The notes under the pieces were generated by a model, which had not been told where the DNA came from, searched no databases, and saw nothing but the letters and a program-made list of their open reading frames with translations. From an uncultured bacterium (lineage in GTDB: Bacteria > Krumholzibacteriota > Krumholzibacteriia > Krumholzibacteriales > Krumholzibacteriaceae), in NCBI GenBank assembly GCA_965370495.1, contig CBDUUV010000002.1, forward strand, positions 1 to 50,960: a DNA stretch of 50,960 nt, in the 5' to 3' direction. The position numbers and the translations under genes are program-made. The stretch's first letter is position 1, and every line of letters begins with the position of its first letter. Shown here in pieces: positions 18,407-26,099 of this stretch.

Positions 18407-19690
18407 GTGACAATGGCCGGTAACGATATGAAAAAATCTGATCGAACGCAGAGCCACAGGCAGGTCTGGCTCGAAAACTTCAAACAGGCTGTGGACGTGA
18501 TACGTACTCACAAGATGCGCTCGAGCCTGTTGATAGTCGGTGTGGCTATAGGGGTAACCACGGTTCTCGCGATGGTTACTGTCATGTCGGGGCTTGGGGC
18601 AAGGGTACAGAAGGATATCGTTTCAGCGAACAGGCCATACCTCTTTATCTCCCGGTTCGATCCATTCGGAAGTGCAGAGGACAGAAAGGATATGTTCCGC
18701 AGAAAGCAGTTCGCGCGCGCAGACATGCAGGCGATAGAGAATGAATGCAAATCAGTCGACAGGGCTGATCTTCAGATAGATCCGGGTGGAAGGATGCGTG
18801 TGCTGCGGTATGGGGGAGAAAGAACGAACCTGATACAGGTAATCGGCAGCTCGCATAATTTCGGGCTCATGTACAGCATACAGGTCGGGGAGGGAAGGTT
18901 TTTCACCGAATTTGAACTGGACAGAAGCAGGAGAGTAGTCGTCCTTGGTTACGGGCCGGCGAAGGATCTCTTTCCCAACCGCGACCCGATCGAAAAGAGA
19001 ATCAAGATCGGCAATCATGAATATGTCGTTATCGGTGCCATGAAATCACGGGAACATATCATGGGAAGCATAGGAGACAACTTTGCCGTGATACCATTTA
19101 CGACCTTTGAAAAGGATCTTTCGGGCAAGTATGACGATTACCAGCTCGGTGTTACGATCAGGGATGGGTATACGCTGGAGGAAGGTGAGGAGGAGATCAC
19201 GGCTCTGCTCAGGGCAAGGCGAAAAGTTGCTCCTGGCGACAAGGACGATTTTCATATCACGACTTCCGAGGCTTTCAAGGAGATGATTGGTAACGTAACG
19301 GGAAGTATCGGTATGATCCTTGTGGTTATATCGTCAATCGGCCTCATGGTTGGAGGGATCGGCGTCATGAATATCATGCTGGTCTCTGTTACGGAAAGGA
19401 CCAGGGAAGTAGGGATCAGGATGGCGATGGGAGCAAGAAGAAGCGATATCATGCAGCAGTTTCTTATCGAAGCAGCCAGCCTGACGGGTATCGGGGGAGT
19501 GATCGGTATCGTACTGGGGCTCCTTTCAGCAAGGGGGGTTTCGCATCTAATCAAGTTTCCATATTCGGTCCCGTTTGCCTGGATCGTAATAGCATTTGTT
19601 TTCTCCGTCTCCATCGGGATCGTTTTTGGCCTCTACCCGGCAAACAGGGCTGCCAGGATGGATCCTATCAAAGCTCTTCACCACGAGTAG
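18407..19690 (+). CDS. MacB/FtsX-family ABC permease, paralogue 2
   Basis: 427 aa with the same architecture: LVSVTERTREVGIRMAMGARRSDI ... YPANRAARMDPIKALHHE. The start (GTG 18407 versus ATG 18413) is uncertain. Confidence 0.9.
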   Translation: MTMAGNDMKKSDRTQSHRQVWLENFKQAVDVIRTHKMRSSLLIVGVAIGVTTVLAMVTVMSGLGARVQKDIVSANRPYLFISRFDPFGSAEDRKDMFRRKQFARADMQAIENECKSVDRADLQIDPGGRMRVLRYGGERTNLIQVIGSSHNFGLMYSIQVGEGRFFTEFELDRSRRVVVLGYGPAKDLFPNRDPIEKRIKIGNHEYVVIGAMKSREHIMGSIGDNFAVIPFTTFEKDLSGKYDDYQLGVTIRDGYTLEEGEEEITALLRARRKVAPGDKDDFHITTSEAFKEMIGNVTGSIGMILVVISSIGLMVGGIGVMNIMLVSVTERTREVGIRMAMGARRSDIMQQFLIEAASLTGIGGVIGIVLGLLSARGVSHLIKFPYSVPFAWIVIAFVFSVSIGIVFGLYPANRAARMDPIKALHHE

Positions 19691-19801
19691 GGAATATTTA
19701 TCCGTCGGGAAAACGCTGATACTGTGTTTTGCCGTTCCGCGTCCTTATATCTTGCCTGTAATCTCAATGGAGTCTATACTTGATCCGAGGGAGGGTTACC
19801 A

Positions 19802-21166
19802 ATGAATTGCTGCCACAGGGCCGGATACCGGTTTCTGGGCAGGAGAGCCCGGGGCTCACTGCTGCTGATCATCATTCTTATGATGTCAGGACCGGCATAT
19901 GGTCAGATAAGAATGCGTTCTCTGGATGCTTCTTTCGAGCTTTCGGTAAGCCAGGGGATTGACAGTGAGAGGGGTACACTTCTCAAGGTCAGCGCTTCCA
20001 TTGATTACCGCAAACTGGTCTTCTTCAAAAAACATGGTTTGTACGAAGCCGGATACAGGGTCTATCTCAGTATCAGGGATAAGGACAAAAAGAGTGTCAA
20101 GGGGGAGGTCTGGGAAGAAGCCGTTACGGTAGTTTCCTACAAGGACACACGATCCGCTATTCTCAAGTCGACGGTGAGAAAGGATTTTCCTATAGATCCC
20201 GGTAAATACAAGGTGGAAGTTATCATCGAGATGCTTGCCAGTTCGCGAAAACTGAAAAGAGATGTGGATATCAGGATCGTGGGAGAGGATGAAGGTGTCC
20301 TGCAGATCACCGCACCGGTTTTCAGTATGCCGGGCAGATCGGAATTAAAAAACAAGCCGGCGGATGGGGAGCTTCGCTTTTCCCTTTGTGATTCACTGCT
20401 CGAAAGGTTTGCCCCGATCCCGGGATCAGTATTTCTGGAATTCAATTCATGGATCAGGATTTCTTTCAGTGTTATTGCTCCCGCTTCTGCAGATCCTGAA
20501 AGTGAAATGGATTCTGATAATCAGTGTCTGATATCAGTGAGGATAACCGATTCAGGCGGCAGGGTGATATGTTACAACAGGCGCTCGATAGATATTGGCA
20601 GTAAGGCGTATTCAGGTTTTTGTACCGACCTGAATGTCGACCGCTTTCCTGTCGGGTTTTATACTGTTTCAGTAGCAGCAGAACTGCTTTCTAAAGGAGT
20701 GAAGACGGAAAGGAGTGACAAATTCGTTATTCTTCTCAACCGGGGGCTTCTGAGGGAGCATTTTTCGAAGATGATCGAACTCCTGTCCCTGGTGGCGGAC
20801 AATGATGAACTCTCAGGCTTGAAAGATGCTCCCGTGCATGAGAGACTGCAGGAATGGAACCGCTTCTGGAATAAGCGTGATCCGGCCATGTCGGCCGGAG
20901 TAAACGAGGAATTGAGTGAATTCCTGCGCCGTCTGAAATATACATTACGGTTTTTTTCAAAGTACAGGCCGGGATGGGAAACTGATATGGGGAGGGTATA
21001 TATCCGTCTCGGAGGGCCTGACAGGGTAATGGACCGTTCAGGCGTATCGTTCAGTTTCGGTAGCGAATACCAGTTGTGGTATTACGATTCCAGGGGAATA
21101 GTCTATATATTCCGGAATACGCTGCATGGAGGAGAATACCGCCTGGTAGAAACACGGATGTTCTGA
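19802..21166 (+). CDS. GWxTD-domain protein, paralogue 2 (canonical motif)
   Basis: RBS GAGGGAGGG upstream. FWNKRDPAMSAGVNEELSEFLRRLKYTLRFFSKYRPGWETDMGRVYIRLGGPDRV, with GWETD at nt 20972-20986. Confidence 0.85.
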   Translation: MNCCHRAGYRFLGRRARGSLLLIIILMMSGPAYGQIRMRSLDASFELSVSQGIDSERGTLLKVSASIDYRKLVFFKKHGLYEAGYRVYLSIRDKDKKSVKGEVWEEAVTVVSYKDTRSAILKSTVRKDFPIDPGKYKVEVIIEMLASSRKLKRDVDIRIVGEDEGVLQITAPVFSMPGRSELKNKPADGELRFSLCDSLLERFAPIPGSVFLEFNSWIRISFSVIAPASADPESEMDSDNQCLISVRITDSGGRVICYNRRSIDIGSKAYSGFCTDLNVDRFPVGFYTVSVAAELLSKGVKTERSDKFVILLNRGLLREHFSKMIELLSLVADNDELSGLKDAPVHERLQEWNRFWNKRDPAMSAGVNEELSEFLRRLKYTLRFFSKYRPGWETDMGRVYIRLGGPDRVMDRSGVSFSFGSEYQLWYYDSRGIVYIFRNTLHGGEYRLVETRMF

Positions 21167-21173
21167 TAACCAT

Positions 21174-22724
21174 ATGAAGATACACCTGATTTCACTTGTA
21201 TTGATCCTGACGGGTATGTTGACCCCGGCCTGTTCGGATATTTCGCAGCAGCCCGTGATAAGGCTGGCCCTGCAGACCGAACCAACGACTCTCGACCCTG
21301 CCCTCGCGGTCGATTTTTCATCGGGGATGCTTGTGTCCCTTATCCATTCCAACCTTGTCCGGTTTGATTATGACGGGAAGATTGTTCCTTCCCTTGCGGA
21401 GGGGTGGTCCGTATCGGGCGACGGTCTTGTATATTCATTTGAGCTGTCTGAATGCGGATTCTCCAACGGGAGAGGTGTTACTGCTGAAGACGTGGTCTAT
21501 TCCTTCAGGAGGCTTCTTGACCCTCATACAGCCTCGCCAAGATGGTGGGTGCTGAAGCCGCTTCGCGGGGCTGATGACTTTCATCGTGGTGGCACCTTCG
21601 ACGAAGGTTCGCTGATCGCGGTTGGTGATTCGATGGTCGTGATAAGGCTTGAAACCCCTGTCGCGCATTTCCTGAGCCTGTTGTCGATGCCGTCGGCGGC
21701 GATCGTCTGCCGGGAGGATGTTTTAAGACTTGGAAAAAATTACGGGAGAAAGCCATGCGGAAGCGGCCCCTGGAAGCTGATATCCTGGAATGAGGGAGAT
21801 GAGTTAGTCCTGGAGCGCAACGGTTATTCATCTGCCGTCAATACGGATGTAGAAGGGATATCATTTCGGATAATCCCCGAATCGATGACCAGGATCGCGG
21901 AATTCGAAACTGGCAACCTCGATATACTCGAAGTTCCGAGAGCGGAACTGGACAGGTGGAGATCCGCCGGAGTAAAACTCCTGCATCAGGAGGAGTTGAG
22001 AGTGGTCTATATAGGCCTTAATAACGCAAAGCCGCCATTTGACGATCCGCGGGTTCGTAAAGCGCTGAATATGGCTGTAGATGTTGAGATGATTATCGCA
22101 AAGGTCCTGTTCGGAGCCGGAAAAAGGTCATGCGGGCCTGTGCCTCCGGGATTGAAACACGGTATGCAACACGAAGACATTTATCCGTACGATCCCGGGA
22201 AGGCCAGGACGCTTCTTGCCGAAGCGGGTTTGCCTGAAGGGTTCAGTATGGAGATATGGCAGCGGGAGAACCCCGAGAGCGGCAGGATACTGGAGAGCCT
22301 GCAGGGGTATCTCTCGAGGGTGGGTATAGAGGTGAAGATTGTTACGCGCGAGTGGGGGGCTTTCAAGGAGGCGGTAGCCCTTGGCAGCCCGGATGCTTTC
22401 TATCTCGACTGGTTCGCCGATTATCCGGATACGGAGAATTTTCTGGCGCCTCTTTTCCATTCTTCCAACATGGGTGGTGGAGGAAACAGGGCGAGATACT
22501 CCAACAGCATTGTGGATTCGCTTCTGGTGGCGGCTTCTTTATCCGGTGATGACAGGATAAGGCGCGAGATATACGGAGATGCTGAAATGATGATATACAA
22601 CGATGCTCCCTGGATATTCCTGTGGTTTCCAGTACGATATGAGGTGATTTCCCACAGGATGTCTGGATACAGGATTCCCGTTATATTCAACAGCAGGCAG
22701 TTCCTGGATGTCGAACTTCAATAA
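21174..22724 (+). CDS. ABC transporter substrate-binding protein, family 5 (peptide/nickel, DppA/OppA-like)
   Basis: 516 aa with a signal peptide. Overall SBP_bac_5-like pattern (LDPA..., RKALNMAVD, ...YLDWFADYPD...). Confidence 0.85.
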   Translation: MKIHLISLVLILTGMLTPACSDISQQPVIRLALQTEPTTLDPALAVDFSSGMLVSLIHSNLVRFDYDGKIVPSLAEGWSVSGDGLVYSFELSECGFSNGRGVTAEDVVYSFRRLLDPHTASPRWWVLKPLRGADDFHRGGTFDEGSLIAVGDSMVVIRLETPVAHFLSLLSMPSAAIVCREDVLRLGKNYGRKPCGSGPWKLISWNEGDELVLERNGYSSAVNTDVEGISFRIIPESMTRIAEFETGNLDILEVPRAELDRWRSAGVKLLHQEELRVVYIGLNNAKPPFDDPRVRKALNMAVDVEMIIAKVLFGAGKRSCGPVPPGLKHGMQHEDIYPYDPGKARTLLAEAGLPEGFSMEIWQRENPESGRILESLQGYLSRVGIEVKIVTREWGAFKEAVALGSPDAFYLDWFADYPDTENFLAPLFHSSNMGGGGNRARYSNSIVDSLLVAASLSGDDRIRREIYGDAEMMIYNDAPWIFLWFPVRYEVISHRMSGYRIPVIFNSRQFLDVELQ

Positions 22725-22735
22725 AGGCGTATGAT

Positions 22736-23674
22736 TTGTCAGGATTTATCCTCAAAAGAATACTGCTTCTTGTTCCGATTCTTTTCGGAGTCGCGACAGT
22801 GACCTTTTTCCTCATGTACGTGATTCCTGGTGACCCTGTTCTGTCGCTCGCCGGGGAACGTTATGATGAACAGACCCTCGATACCATGAGGAAAGAACTC
22901 GGGCTGGACAAGCCTGTCATCGTCCAGTATTTCAGCTATCTTGGCAGGCTGGCGAGGTTTGATCTCGGGAGGTCGTTTGTCACCGGCAGACCGGTGTCTG
23001 AAAGTATACGTGAACGGTTCCCAAAGACTCTCCGGCTGGCGTTCTGCGCCATGTTACTGGCCATTACGGGGGGGGTGCTGACCGGCGCCCTGGCAGCATG
23101 GGGACGGTTCCCATGGCTGGGCAGGCCACTGATGGCCCTGTCTCTTGCCGGGGTATCGATCCCGGTTTTCTGGCTCGGACTTCTTTTGATCTACTTCTTT
23201 TCGATCGAACTTTCCCTTCTTCCCCCATCAGGTTACGGCGGCGGTTCTGTAAGATACCTGATCCTGCCCGCTGTGACGTTGTCGTTTGCTTCCATGGCGA
23301 CTATTGCCCGAGTGACCAGGTCGGGTTTCCTCGATGTCGGTGGTGAGGATTTTGTAAGGACGGCAAGGGCGAAAGGGTTGTGCGAATCCAGCGTGATGGG
23401 CAAACATGTATTTCGAAATGCCCTGATTCCGGTTCTTACGATAGTAGGGACGGATTTTGGCAGTTATCTTAGTGGCGCTGTGCTTACCGAATCGATTTTC
23501 GGCTGGCCGGGGTTGGGAAGGTATGTCGTTCAAGCTATTCTGAAGAGGGATTTTCCTGTGATACAGGGGGCGATACTCTTTATGGCTGTGATGTTTGTTC
23601 TGGTCAATCTTGTTGTGGACATAAGTTATGGATTTATTGACCCGAGGGTCAGGCAGAAGGGGAATAATCTGTGA
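22736..23674 (+). CDS. Peptide ABC transporter permease (DppB/OppB-like)
   Basis: 312 aa, TTG start. N-terminal ILKRILLLVPILFGVATVTFFLMYVIPGDPV and an EAA-loop region ...DFVRTARAKGL... are typical. Confidence 0.9.
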   Translation: MSGFILKRILLLVPILFGVATVTFFLMYVIPGDPVLSLAGERYDEQTLDTMRKELGLDKPVIVQYFSYLGRLARFDLGRSFVTGRPVSESIRERFPKTLRLAFCAMLLAITGGVLTGALAAWGRFPWLGRPLMALSLAGVSIPVFWLGLLLIYFFSIELSLLPPSGYGGGSVRYLILPAVTLSFASMATIARVTRSGFLDVGGEDFVRTARAKGLCESSVMGKHVFRNALIPVLTIVGTDFGSYLSGAVLTESIFGWPGLGRYVVQAILKRDFPVIQGAILFMAVMFVLVNLVVDISYGFIDPRVRQKGNNL

Positions 23675-24537
23675 CAGGCATATCAGGAATAGCAAGAAAG
23701 TTTTCGCGCAACAAGCTTGCTGTGGCCGGGCTTTTGTTTCTTTTCGCGGTCGTATCGATGGCTGTTATGTCGAATATTCTTTTTTCAGAGAGTATTGGCG
23801 AGATCGACCTGGATGATTCGCTTCAGAGCCCGTCGATACGGCACCCGTTCGGGACAGATCCATTCGGCAGGGACGTTTTTTCGCGGGTTGTGCGTGGAGC
23901 CCGTATCTCTCTTGGCGTAGGGTTTCTCGCGAGGACGATCTCTCTTCTTCTTGGCCTTTTCCTCGGCACGCTGGCCGGGTATTTCGGTGGAAAGGCAGAT
24001 TCTGTCATCATGCGGTTTGCCGATATAACTTTCGCGTTCCCGACACTGCTTCTGCTGATAGCTGTAATGGCCGTGATTTCACCGGGCATTGTTTCACTGT
24101 TCAGCGCTCTGGGAGTGGTGGGTTGGGCGGCGATCGCAAGGCTGGTGAGGGCCCAGGTAATGACTGTCAGGGAACGTGAATTTGTAGAGGCTGCAAGGTC
24201 GGCGGGCGCCGGGCACTTCAAACTGGTTACCAGATACATATTACCACAATGCATATCACCTCTGGTGGTTGTTTACACGCTTGGACTGGGGATGACGATC
24301 ATGGCCGAGGCAAGCCTCAGTTTTCTCGGGCTTGGAGTACAGCCTCCATCACCAAGCTGGGGAAGGATGATATCAAGTGGTATCGCGTTCATGCGCACCG
24401 CTCCCTGGCTGACCCTTTTTCCCGGCCTTGTGTTGACAGCGACCATCTGTTCGCTTAACCTCGTCGGCGACGGGCTCAGGGATGCGCTGGACCCGGGATT
24501 TGTAAAAGGTTCCGCACGGTTCGGCAGATATAAATAG
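23671..24537 (+). CDS. Peptide ABC transporter permease (DppC/OppC-like)
   Basis: The GTG start overlaps the upstream stop (GTGA). HPFGTDPFGRDVFSRVVRGARISL and EFVEAARSAGAG are typical DppC/OppC blocks. Confidence 0.9.
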   Translation: MTGISGIARKFSRNKLAVAGLLFLFAVVSMAVMSNILFSESIGEIDLDDSLQSPSIRHPFGTDPFGRDVFSRVVRGARISLGVGFLARTISLLLGLFLGTLAGYFGGKADSVIMRFADITFAFPTLLLLIAVMAVISPGIVSLFSALGVVGWAAIARLVRAQVMTVREREFVEAARSAGAGHFKLVTRYILPQCISPLVVVYTLGLGMTIMAEASLSFLGLGVQPPSPSWGRMISSGIAFMRTAPWLTLFPGLVLTATICSLNLVGDGLRDALDPGFVKGSARFGRYK

Positions 24538-24621
24538 TTGTTGCATCTCAGTAGTTGAAAATTCCCGATGCGCCCCCCCTGTATGGGGTATAGGGTGCGG
24601 GTCGGGAGGCTGGAATTACGC

Positions 24622-25689
24622 ATGAAGGATCTCAGCGCATATATCATCGATCTTATCTCCAGGAAGGAGAAGGAACTTGGATACGACTGGAGGTCAAGCT
24701 GGTCCAGAGTCGTTACATCGGACGGGGAGGAACTGAAGATCGAGATGAGCAGAGCGGCTCTGATGAAAAGCCTGGCTGATTCGATAGAGGGATTCGATAA
24801 ATCGGGCTCATCAGAAACCTCCATTCTGTTGCGTTCGGCCTCAGGAGAGTGTGTAAGGCTGCTGCTTCCGGAAGAAGAAAACAAAAAACTTATATGGGTG
24901 GTATCGAGCGTGGTCGATCTGCGAAGAGAACCGGATCATTCATCGGAACTTGTATCCCAGGCGATCATGGGCGAGACGATGACCAGGCTCGACAGCAGGG
25001 GTGACTGGTACTTTGTCAGGATGGAAGATGATTATCATGGCTGGATCAGAGCCTGGTCGGTTATTGAGGTTCCGCGCGCGGAGATCGATGACTACGCAAA
25101 AAAGATTAATGCAAGAATCAAAGTCAATGTCGGGTATGTTCTGTCAGGCCGGGACAAGGACAGTGTTCCTGTTACGGATATCGTTGCCGGGACGGGCGTT
25201 ATAGCATCTCCGGCAGATGATGCCCGGGTGTATATAGCCCTTCCCGGGAGAAAGAAAGGATATCTGCCAGCGAGCGAACTTGCCTTTCTCCCGGCAGGAG
25301 AAACAAGCCGTGACGGAATTATTGAAAGGGCGAAGCACTACCTGGGCATACCCTATATATGGGGCGGGACATCTGCAAAAGGGTTTGACTGTTCGGGGCT
25401 GATCAAGCGTGTCTATCTGCTTGAAGGGGTATCCCTCCCCAGGGACGCCGATCAGCAATCCGTCATTGGTAAAATGATCCCCATTGAGAGTATCGATAAT
25501 GTTCGGCCTGCCGATCTGCTCTTTTTCGCCGATGGGGAAAAGATAACGCATGTGGCTATCGCTCTGGGCAAAGGAAAATTTATCCATGCTTTTGGAGATG
25601 TCAGGATAAACAGCTACCACGAAACCGATCCCCTTTATGAGGAAAAACTTGCCAGCAAACTCGTTTTCGGGCGATCCTTTCTACCCTGA
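24622..25689 (+). CDS. SH3b-domain NlpC/P60 (C40) cell-wall peptidase, YkfC-like
   Basis: SH3b-like VVDLRREPDHSSELVSQAIMGETMTRLDSRGDWYFVRMEDDYHGWI. Catalytic block YIWGGTSAKGFDCSGLIKRVY ... ITHVAIALGKGKFIHA (Cys/His). The start is uncertain: the ORF opens at 24568 and I chose ATG 24622. Confidence 0.8.
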   Translation: MKDLSAYIIDLISRKEKELGYDWRSSWSRVVTSDGEELKIEMSRAALMKSLADSIEGFDKSGSSETSILLRSASGECVRLLLPEEENKKLIWVVSSVVDLRREPDHSSELVSQAIMGETMTRLDSRGDWYFVRMEDDYHGWIRAWSVIEVPRAEIDDYAKKINARIKVNVGYVLSGRDKDSVPVTDIVAGTGVIASPADDARVYIALPGRKKGYLPASELAFLPAGETSRDGIIERAKHYLGIPYIWGGTSAKGFDCSGLIKRVYLLEGVSLPRDADQQSVIGKMIPIESIDNVRPADLLFFADGEKITHVAIALGKGKFIHAFGDVRINSYHETDPLYEEKLASKLVFGRSFLP

Positions 25690-25768
25690 TGGAATTGCTG
25701 CGCCTGGAATCCCGGGTTTTATTATTAAAATTCCGTTAAAAAAAAGTCAATTTTATATTAAAAAGTTA

Positions 25769-25797
25769 TTGACACGTTTTCACACGTTGTTTTAATC
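25769..25797 (+). promoter_or_regulatory. Possible promoter with an overlapping ACACGTT direct repeat, upstream of the porin-like gene
   Basis: TTGACA at 25769-25774, then TTTAAT/TTAATC 16-17 nt downstream (a weak -10). ACACGTT occurs at 25772-25778 and 25782-25788, a 10-bp period, inside the spacer. Confidence 0.3.
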
Positions 25798-26099
25798 TTT
25801 CGCTCGAAAAATATACCTGTGTGCCCGGGGGTTCTGAAAGGAGTATTTCCCGGCTTCACGAACCGGTGATCGGAAGGAAACTGGTTGGATGGGTATTGAA
25901 ACGGGGCTGCGGGAAAACTGCAGATTCCAGGTTGAAACCTTATCTGATAGAAAGGGGGGCTGAAGAGGCAAGAACCGGAAAACGCTTTTGAAGCGAAAGA
26001 CAGTATCAAGAATTGGGAACATATCCACGTGAATGCGTGGTGATATAGAAAAGGTTCCTGAATACTTCTTCCCGGACAGGGGAGATCTTACAGGAGGTA

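Noticed and set aside
25810-25900. Faint resemblance of the porin-gene leader to a TPP riboswitch (GGGG..CTGAAAGG..CCCGG..GAACCGGTGATCGG).
   Set aside because: The invariant CUGAGA and ACCUGAUCUGGAUAAUGCCAGCG-type elements are not present, and the pairing scheme does not reproduce P2-P5. A porin-like gene is also not an expected TPP regulon member.
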